The translations under genes and the position numbers were made by a program. Positions 31,452 to 38,380 of a stretch of DNA of 64,000 nucleotides are shown one piece after another. Numbering within the stretch: the stretch's first letter is position 1; every line of letters begins with the position of its first letter. A model generated the notes under the pieces. It was not told where the DNA came from. It ran no database searches and saw nothing but the letters and a program-made list of their open reading frames with translations. The stretch comes from a virus (Duplodnaviria; Caudoviricetes), in the IMG/VR virus record IMGVR_UViG_3300037400_006508, positions 79,526-143,525 of that record; one strand, 5' to 3'.

Positions 31452-32869
31452 TGAGCCTTGTAAAACTGATTCATTCATCGTCCTGGGATCCGACCATAGG
31501 AGTCGGCGCAGAAATCGTCAGGCGCGAGGGGGAGCTCAACAAGCAGGCCTCCACGATCTTCGGCAAGGAATACGACGAATTGAAGCCGGACGACAAGTCC
31601 GTGGGCATACATGTCGTGGCTCTCGGGGACGCCGAGCATTACGGCATGAACAGGAACGGCGACCTGTTCTCCAAGAAGGCGTGCGTCGAGTACCATCCGA
31701 CGTTCCTGGACGGATGCGTGTACAGGCACCACAGGAACAAGGATCCGGAGACGCAGGGCATCGGAAAGATCGCCGCGGCCACGTACAACGAGGACATGGG
31801 CCGCGTCGAGCTGTTCATACACGCGGACAAGGAAAAGGCGGCTCCGGAGCTGGAACGCCTAGAAAAGGAGGGCGAGATCCCGTTCTCCATGGCCTGCGTG
31901 GTACCGAACGACCGCTGCTCTATCTGCGGGTCTCTCAGGAAGTCGGCCGGTGACGAGTCCGAGTGCGAGCATGTCAGGGACCATCTCGGGGAGCAGTGGG
32001 ACGACGGAAGGAAGGTCGGCACGTTCAACGACCAGCCGAAGTTCTTCGACATCAGCTTCGTCGGTCGCCCCGCGGACAGGATCGCCTGGAATCTCAAAGT
32101 CGCTTCTGCCCTTGACCTTGATTCCGTGAAGTACGCCGAATACGAGGGAGTGACGGCGCCGGACGATCTAATGGTGGAAAAGGAGTCCTCCGTCAGGAAG
32201 CTCGGATACGCAAGGGATATCGTAGACATGCAGAACTCCTTCCGCGGGTGGTTGACCAAGTCCGCGTCCGTCGTTACGGCCAGGGACGGGTATCTTTACG
32301 AATTCAGGAAGATCGCCGCGGACTCTCTCGACGATGCCACGTTGTCCAGGCTCAGGGAGCTTCCGGTCAAGTCCGCCATGTCCATACTTTCCAGACGCGG
32401 AATAGTGATGGACGTGCCGACATTCTTCAAGTACGCCACGGGCGACGACTACAAGTCGGTCGTCGAACCGTACATGGAGCCGGTAGAACGCACAATTCCA
32501 CATCTTGTCGAATCGCTTGTTAAGACTTCGTCTGTATCCCCTCTTTGCAACGATGACACTTACGATTCGTACGATCCGTCGGTACCCGTTTCCGTTCCAT
32601 CCGCGTTGGAGTCCATGCTAGCGAAGCATGCGTCCAGCGTGGGTGACAGGATAATGGATGCGACTATGGACGATTCCGTCTGCCGGCCTGTGTACTTTGT
32701 TGACACGAAAGCGGATAAATGCGTAAATGGTGGCGTCGTGCAGAAGCTGGCTTCTGCGTATCTTTCTTATCAGCTTTCCGCGATAGACGCGGTAGTGAAC
32801 GGCCATAGTGGCATCAGCAAAACAGACGCGGAGGCGCTGGCTTCCGTAAACAACCTACAAAAGAAGTAA
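31451..32869 (+). CDS. prohead maturation protease (HK97/herpes-type fold) with Zn-finger insertion
   Basis: NRNGDLF, VYRHH (catalytic His region), PFSMAC (catalytic Ser region), CSICG..CEH insertion, FFDISFVGRPAD. Located before scaffold and MCP. Confidence 0.85.
   Translation: MSLVKLIHSSSWDPTIGVGAEIVRREGELNKQASTIFGKEYDELKPDDKSVGIHVVALGDAEHYGMNRNGDLFSKKACVEYHPTFLDGCVYRHHRNKDPETQGIGKIAAATYNEDMGRVELFIHADKEKAAPELERLEKEGEIPFSMACVVPNDRCSICGSLRKSAGDESECEHVRDHLGEQWDDGRKVGTFNDQPKFFDISFVGRPADRIAWNLKVASALDLDSVKYAEYEGVTAPDDLMVEKESSVRKLGYARDIVDMQNSFRGWLTKSASVVTARDGYLYEFRKIAADSLDDATLSRLRELPVKSAMSILSRRGIVMDVPTFFKYATGDDYKSVVEPYMEPVERTIPHLVESLVKTSSVSPLCNDDTYDSYDPSVPVSVPSALESMLAKHASSVGDRIMDATMDDSVCRPVYFVDTKADKCVNGGVVQKLASAYLSYQLSAIDAVVNGHSGISKTDAEALASVNNLQKK
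32700..32728 (+). promoter_or_regulatory. candidate promoter TTGACA-N17-GTAAAT (TG extended) for scaffold-capsid operon
   Basis: Perfect -35 inside the 3' end of the protease gene, about 150 nt before the scaffold start. Confidence 0.45.
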
Positions 32870-32873
32870 CCAC

Positions 32874-34055
32874 ATGGCTACACTGATCAGAGACCTGATG
32901 AACCAGGTAGAGGCTTTCTGCAAGGAGGCCGGAGAGCGCGAATCCGAGAACATCACCGGACAGGATCCGGACTCGATGCCCGGTTCCGAGAACGACAAGA
33001 ACATCCCCGAGGGCGCTACCAAGGACGATCCGAAGGTGAAGGACGAGACCATCAACAACACGGACGCCCGCAACCTGGATGGCGCTACGCCTGGATCCGA
33101 CGCCCCAGTAGTCGAAAAGGGGCTCGAGTCGTCCGAGGCTGTGCTCAATCCCGACAAGAAGCCCCTCGACACGGCCGATGCCAACGCCAAGGAGGCGTCC
33201 GCGCTCGGCAACAACCTCGTCAGCATGATCCTCGGCGCCAAGAAGGCCGCCGCAGAAAAGAAGGCCGCAGAGGAGAAGAAGGCGGCTCCGGCCGAGAAGA
33301 AGGCCGAGCCCTCCGCCAAGATCACCGTCGACATGGCCATGATGGCCAAGATCGCCGCGATCACCCTTGCGGACGAGGAGGGCCAGCTCGCCGTACAGTC
33401 GGCTCTGACAAAGAGGGCCGGTGCAGAGTTTGCGGCAGAGGTGTTCGGCATCCTGGAGAAGCGCGCAGCCGAGGAGAGGGCCCGCTACGAGTTCGAAAAG
33501 GGCGCGCAGGACGCGGAGGCAATGATCGGAGACCTGCAGGAGGCGCAGGGCGCAGCAGATGCGGAAGCAGCTTTGGCTGGAGCCGCCGATGCCGCACCAG
33601 CGGAGCCTGCAATGGGAGCCGACGAGGCAGCAGCGGCGCTTAATGACTTTTCGGCCGACGAGGTCGCAGAGGCCGTCCAGGAGCTTGCCGACGAGGGACA
33701 GATCGATCCGGCGACAGCCCAGCAGGTCGCAGAGGCCGTACAGGGTGCCGCAGCCGCGGAAGGCGCATCGACGGATGTTTCTGAGGATGATCTTGCCGAC
33801 GCCCTTACCGAGGCAATCGATTCTGGCGAGCTTACCGTAGAGGATGCGCAGGCCCTTATCTCTTCTCTTTCCGAAGGTGCGTCCGATGGCGCGGCCGTCG
33901 AGGAGCTGAAGAGCGATGTGGCAGGCGACGCCGCACCGGCGGAGGCTGCTCCGGAGGAGTCACCCGAGGCCGAGAAGGCGGCTGCGGTGAAGAAGGCCGC
34001 GGCGAAGGAGATGGCGACCAAGCTCGTGGACGCCATCAAGAGCATGAAGAAGTAA
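32874..34055 (+). CDS. capsid scaffolding/core protein (putative)
   Basis: Acidic Ala/Glu-rich helical protein between protease and MCP. Many KxA motifs. Confidence 0.7.
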   Translation: MATLIRDLMNQVEAFCKEAGERESENITGQDPDSMPGSENDKNIPEGATKDDPKVKDETINNTDARNLDGATPGSDAPVVEKGLESSEAVLNPDKKPLDTADANAKEASALGNNLVSMILGAKKAAAEKKAAEEKKAAPAEKKAEPSAKITVDMAMMAKIAAITLADEEGQLAVQSALTKRAGAEFAAEVFGILEKRAAEERARYEFEKGAQDAEAMIGDLQEAQGAADAEAALAGAADAAPAEPAMGADEAAAALNDFSADEVAEAVQELADEGQIDPATAQQVAEAVQGAAAAEGASTDVSEDDLADALTEAIDSGELTVEDAQALISSLSEGASDGAAVEELKSDVAGDAAPAEAAPEESPEAEKAAAVKKAAAKEMATKLVDAIKSMKK

Positions 34056-34064
34056 TAGGCTGCA

Positions 34065-34448
34065 ATGGACAAGGACTACGATACGCTCGCTGAGAAGGTC
34101 GCCGAGTATATCGGCGTCGTCCAGCCGCAGCTCGACGAGCTCGAGAATCTTCGCAAGTCGGCCGCCGAAAGGAAGGCCGGCTTCGCGAAGAAGGCGACGG
34201 AGGCCCTCACGCTTCTTGCGGACGAGGGCCTCATGTCGCGCAACGACGTTTCCGCATGGGTCGACAAGTCCGCGGAGGACCCGTCGTCTGTGTGGGACCT
34301 TGTGACCAAGGTCGCATCGGCCGTGAAGCCGTCAGACATCGGCCACAGGTCAGACGAGAAAACAGCTTCCGCCACGCCCCGGGATCCCTGGGAGCGCGAG
34401 TTCGGCGGCTACAGTAACAACAGTGCCGACAACGGCATGATTGACTAA
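34065..34448 (+). CDS. small scaffold/core protein (putative)
   Basis: 127 aa; 6 of its 10 lysines are in K-x-A. Confidence 0.65.
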   Translation: MDKDYDTLAEKVAEYIGVVQPQLDELENLRKSAAERKAGFAKKATEALTLLADEGLMSRNDVSAWVDKSAEDPSSVWDLVTKVASAVKPSDIGHRSDEKTASATPRDPWEREFGGYSNNSADNGMID

Positions 34449-34463
34449 ACAGGAGACAAACAC

Positions 34464-35024
34464 ATGGCACACCTGAGCCCCCTGAAGGGAGGATTCCCTC
34501 ACAAGGACCAGCACGACCGCAGCGCGCTTGTCACCACCGACGAAGCCTCGAAGGCTATCGAGCGTGGCACCATCATCTGCGTGAACGAGGACGGACGCTT
34601 CCAGATTGCGGCTGATACTTCGATCCAGCCCCTGTACATCGCGCTCCAGGACTACGACGACCTCCAGGCCGTCTTCGCCGGAACGTTCTCGATCGGAAAG
34701 GGCGAGGCCGTCGACGGCGCGACCGGAACGCATACGCTCGCGCAGCATCCCGACGTGTCGCTCAACGCCCCGAAGATCACCGGCATCCACATGGACGACG
34801 GCGATGTCTGGGAGACCGACATGTTCGACGAGAAGGCCGAGTACAAGATCGGCGCTCCCCTCACCGTCAAGGACGGCCTCGTGACCGCCGCCGGTGAGAA
34901 CGACGACGTGGTCGGATACGTCTACAAGGAGCCGTACACCCGTTACGCGAACGACGCCGTCGTTCTCGCCGGCATGATGACCGGTGGAATGATCCGCGTG
35001 ATCGCCTACCAGTGCGGCAAGTAA
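34464..35024 (+). CDS. head decoration/cement protein (putative)
   Basis: Immediately upstream of MCP. RBS AGGAG, strong codon bias. YKIGAPLTVKDG..VVGYV beta-clip/tulip-like pattern. Confidence 0.65.
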   Translation: MAHLSPLKGGFPHKDQHDRSALVTTDEASKAIERGTIICVNEDGRFQIAADTSIQPLYIALQDYDDLQAVFAGTFSIGKGEAVDGATGTHTLAQHPDVSLNAPKITGIHMDDGDVWETDMFDEKAEYKIGAPLTVKDGLVTAAGENDDVVGYVYKEPYTRYANDAVVLAGMMTGGMIRVIAYQCGK

Positions 35025-35042
35025 GGAGAGGAGACCACAGAA

Positions 35043-36017
35043 ATGGAAACCCAGAACGTCAGCATAATCAACTCCCAGATCCTGGAGAGCCTGAAGAACG
35101 ACGACGCCGCCACCTTCGAGAAGAAGGCGCAGGCCGCCGCCACGAACTACACCCGCATCCAGGTCCGCGAAGGCTCGTTCGCCTTCAAGGTCCTCCCGCC
35201 CGAGAAGGCGACGGACGAGATGCTCAAGTACGACCTGACCGAACACCTCGGCGTCGTATGGGAGCGCGAGCCCGATTCGCCCGCGGCGAAGTGGGTCCCG
35301 CTCGAGACGGTGCCGGACGGCGAGTACATCAAGTCGTCCCGCTACATCATTCCGTTCGCCCGCGTGCTCACGCCCGACTTCCGCAAGGACATCGCCGAGC
35401 TCCGCACGACCCGCCAGGACATCAGGAAGATCCTCACGGACAACTCCATCAAGGACGGCCTCGCCGAGATCGACTCCAAGTTCATCTACACGGTCAACTC
35501 GATCGTGTTCGACGCGGACGCCGCCGGCAAGCCCAACCACATGTCCGGCAAGGTCCAGTGGATGGACTTCGAGGATCCGCTCAACCGCGACACGTTCGCG
35601 GAGGCGACCAAGATGCTTCCGTCCGGCAACGCCGAGGGCAAGTTCGTCAACCGCAACTACTGCTGCCTGATGAACGAGATCACGGCCCGCGACCTGCTCA
35701 AGCTCGATCGCACCGCGGTCGGCGGCGACAAGGCCCAGGACTTCTTCCTGAACGGCCTCACCACGGACACCGTCATGGGACTGAAGTGCCTCTTCACGAT
35801 CAAGAACCATCTGGTTCCCACGAACTGGATCTACTTCTTCGCGGAGCCCGACTTCCTCGGAAAGTGCTTCTACCTCGACGACTGGACGATGTACGTCAAG
35901 AAGGAGGCGTACTTCATCTCCATGTTCTCGTACTGGATGGGCGGCTTCGCCTTCGGCAACACCGCAGGCATGGCGCTCGCCAGGTTCAACGTGGACGCGG
36001 ACGAGTCGAACACGTAG
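35043..36017 (+). CDS. major capsid protein (HK97 fold, putative)
   Basis: Extreme codon bias and strong RBS. Position after protease/scaffold/decoration, followed by a strong hairpin. 324 aa with VREGSFAFKVLPP..EREPD..A..VP. Confidence 0.8.
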   Translation: METQNVSIINSQILESLKNDDAATFEKKAQAAATNYTRIQVREGSFAFKVLPPEKATDEMLKYDLTEHLGVVWEREPDSPAAKWVPLETVPDGEYIKSSRYIIPFARVLTPDFRKDIAELRTTRQDIRKILTDNSIKDGLAEIDSKFIYTVNSIVFDADAAGKPNHMSGKVQWMDFEDPLNRDTFAEATKMLPSGNAEGKFVNRNYCCLMNEITARDLLKLDRTAVGGDKAQDFFLNGLTTDTVMGLKCLFTIKNHLVPTNWIYFFAEPDFLGKCFYLDDWTMYVKKEAYFISMFSYWMGGFAFGNTAGMALARFNVDADESNT

Positions 36018-36025
36018 CCAGGAAA

Positions 36026-36089
36026 CCCCGCACCGGTTCCACACGGGGCCGGTGCGGGGGACCCCTACCCGTTCAACGGAGGCTTTTTG
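36026..36089 (+). terminator. tandem hairpins after MCP (15-bp GC stem, then small hairpin + U tract)
   Basis: ccccgcaccggttcc-acac-ggggccggtgcgggg, then ccg-ttcaa-cgg...gcttttt. Confidence 0.7.
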
Positions 36090-36090
36090 C

Positions 36091-36435
36091 ATGCATCCGA
36101 AGCTTGCGGAGTACAGAAAGTCCATTAGATCGAATCCCGATGCATTCGTGCAGGGGATTCGTTCTTTTTGCAAGACGGCCCAGTACAAGGAAGAGGAGAA
36201 GAGCCTATTCGACAAGATATTGCCGTGGGCTCTCGCCATCGGCGGAGGGTATCTAGCGCTCAAGGGCGGAGAGTACTGGGGAAGGCACGCGCATGCTACA
36301 AATAACCAAAACGGACCTGTAAAGGGACCGATCGTAGGCTTCCTGAAGGCGCTTCTTCCAAAGGGGAAAAAGCCAAAGGAACCCGCGGATCCGACGGTGC
36401 CTTGGTCCATCGCCACGGGCGGCGGATACTATTGA
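36091..36435 (+). CDS. small membrane protein with KxA leader
   Basis: ATG at 36091: MHPKLA...FCKTAQ, then ILPWALAIGGGYLALKGG. Confidence 0.65.
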   Translation: MHPKLAEYRKSIRSNPDAFVQGIRSFCKTAQYKEEEKSLFDKILPWALAIGGGYLALKGGEYWGRHAHATNNQNGPVKGPIVGFLKALLPKGKKPKEPADPTVPWSIATGGGYY

Positions 36436-36436
36436 C

Positions 36437-36868
36437 ATGCCCAATCCGAAGGGAAGCGACACCTACCTGACGGACATTGACGTCAGGATATGGCTCCGGG
36501 ACAACGATCCCGAGGCCAACAAGCTTCTTGACGACTACGAGTTTTCGCCGGAGGAGATACGTACGGCGATGACGCTTACGGTGGACTACTGGAACGACCA
36601 GCCACCATATATAAGGTCTTACGACTATGACAAGTTCCCGTTCAGATCGCAGCTTCTTACGGGGACTGCCGCGAATCTTCTTTTCATAGCGGCGAACAGG
36701 TACAGGAGGGACTCTCTCCAGTACAGCGCCGGAGGCCTGACCGTACAGGATCAGGAGAAATACCAGCAGTACGACATGGCCGGGGACAGGCTGTGGGCGC
36801 AATACAAGGACTGGGCTATAAGGAACAAGCGTTCGTTGAACGCTGAAAACGGGTTTGCGACACTATGA
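36437..36868 (+). CDS. head-tail adaptor/neck protein (putative)
   Basis: Position after MCP. Helical VRIWLRD..FSPEEI..AM..WN, and LQYSAGGLTV. Confidence 0.6.
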   Translation: MPNPKGSDTYLTDIDVRIWLRDNDPEANKLLDDYEFSPEEIRTAMTLTVDYWNDQPPYIRSYDYDKFPFRSQLLTGTAANLLFIAANRYRRDSLQYSAGGLTVQDQEKYQQYDMAGDRLWAQYKDWAIRNKRSLNAENGFATL

Positions 36869-37662
36869 ACGACCCGGCCATAGCCAGGTTCGACGTTCTG
36901 CCCGACTACGGTCGCGGTTTCGTGTTCCATTGGAGGATGAGGGGCGGTTTCAACGACCCATCACCGTGGGAGTTCCGTATCCAGATGGCGCCTACGCAGG
37001 AGGGCGAATGGAAAGACGTCTCCCCTGTTATAGTTGATTCCATGTCGTATAAGTCCAAAGGATCGCTTCGCGTCAACAAGAGCGATATACTGTTTTTCAG
37101 GCTATTTTGCCATACTCCGCGTGGAGACTACTTCACAGAGGCGAGGACTCCGTACGGGGACCTTTCACGGAGCGAGTTCCTTCTAGCCAGGGAGGTTATG
37201 CGCAAGGAGGTTTTGCACATGCGCGGAATGGCCGGCGTAGAGTGCGACGTATGGAGCGTGTCGAACTTTGGTCCAAGGTGCATGCATTGCCTGGACCCGG
37301 TTACGGGCCATACCAGGGACAGCCACTGCAAGTTCTGCTTCGGTACGGGGTTCTACCCGGCTTACCGTGGACCTTTCCGCGTGTGGTGCATGTTCTCCGA
37401 GAACAACCAGCACAAGGTTTCCGAAGGCAACGAGGGCAACGGCGTCGATGAAGAAAAGCGCTTCTCCGTCAGGATGGTAAGTTCCATTCCTACAAAGAAG
37501 AACGACATATTGCACGATGTACGTTCCGGCAAGAGGTACTACGTCGGTGCGTCGGAGGTTGCTGCGGAGCTAAGGAGAGTGCCAATCGTGCAGACGCTTG
37601 ACGTCAGTGAAATAGCGACAAGCGACGCCGCTTATTCAGTGGGGGTGCGTCATGGCGCTTGA
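36865..37662 (+). CDS. neck/head-closure protein with Zn finger (putative)
   Basis: CMHC...CKFCFGTGF. C-terminal KKNDILHD..GKRYYV. Position. Confidence 0.6.
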   Translation: MNDPAIARFDVLPDYGRGFVFHWRMRGGFNDPSPWEFRIQMAPTQEGEWKDVSPVIVDSMSYKSKGSLRVNKSDILFFRLFCHTPRGDYFTEARTPYGDLSRSEFLLAREVMRKEVLHMRGMAGVECDVWSVSNFGPRCMHCLDPVTGHTRDSHCKFCFGTGFYPAYRGPFRVWCMFSENNQHKVSEGNEGNGVDEEKRFSVRMVSSIPTKKNDILHDVRSGKRYYVGASEVAAELRRVPIVQTLDVSEIATSDAAYSVGVRHGA

Positions 37663-38380
37663 GCTCAAGGTTTCGCCGGAGGAGACGCATGATGTCCATG
37701 AACTTGCAGGTCACGAGTTGATCTGCGAGCTCAGGAAGACTAGCATGGTTCTGTATGGTATGTTCGTAGAACTTGTACGGAAGTTTTACAGGTTCGAGTC
37801 TCCATATATCATCGGGTGCCCCGACATCAAATGGGATCCCGATCCGCAGAATACCGGGATATGGATAGACTCGGAGTTGAACTGGAATCCTGAACATCCG
37901 GAGTTCGTTCCGGCCGTATACGTGAAACTTGGCGGAATAGAGTACGGAAGCATATTCGGTCCCGGCGCACCAACGCCCAGTGGGATGGTGCTTAAGGATG
38001 CCATATACAAGAGATCGAGGATCGGAAGGACGAACGTTACGTTCGTTCATGTCGGAGGGACGGCCGGAGAGGCGTGCACGCTGTGTGACAACACAAGATC
38101 GTATCTATCCGATTTTGGTCCTGTGGTAGCGAGGGATTTGATACTTACGAAATTTTACGAGGCGCAAGCGGTTCCGCTTCAGCCGTACAAGCCCGATTCG
38201 AAGGAAAAGTGGAAAAGTTCCGTGACTTATGCTGTAGAATGGGCTGAGGAAACACTCTTGAAGCTAGAGTCCCCGATCCTACGGGCGGTAGACTTCGATG
38301 CTTTACAAGAACACAGAAAGTATGGTTTACTGTCTGCAAGGAAGGGTAAACCAGACCAACACTTAGGAGAACAAAGATAA
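37652..38380 (+). CDS. tail completion/terminator protein (putative)
   Basis: Directly upstream of sheath. PAVYVKLG motif. Confidence 0.55.
   Translation: MALELKVSPEETHDVHELAGHELICELRKTSMVLYGMFVELVRKFYRFESPYIIGCPDIKWDPDPQNTGIWIDSELNWNPEHPEFVPAVYVKLGGIEYGSIFGPGAPTPSGMVLKDAIYKRSRIGRTNVTFVHVGGTAGEACTLCDNTRSYLSDFGPVVARDLILTKFYEAQAVPLQPYKPDSKEKWKSSVTYAVEWAEETLLKLESPILRAVDFDALQEHRKYGLLSARKGKPDQHLGEQR
38302..38331 (+). promoter_or_regulatory. candidate promoter TTTACA-N18-TTTACT with TGG, upstream of sheath
   Basis: Same TGG-preceded -10 architecture as the other sites. About 50 nt before the sheath ATG (RBS AGGAG). Confidence 0.5.

Noticed and set aside
36026-36060. tRNA or structured ncRNA after the MCP gene
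   Set aside because: A single hairpin with no cloverleaf or T-loop motif. Better explained as a terminator/mRNA stabiliser.
34350-36416. 688-aa minus-strand ORF over decoration/MCP genes (also 38227..39870, 39883..40980, 14308..16086, 17028..19493)
   Set aside because: Antisense shadows of GC3-biased, highly expressed plus-strand genes. No RBS or recognisable motifs, and the plus-strand genes tile the region.
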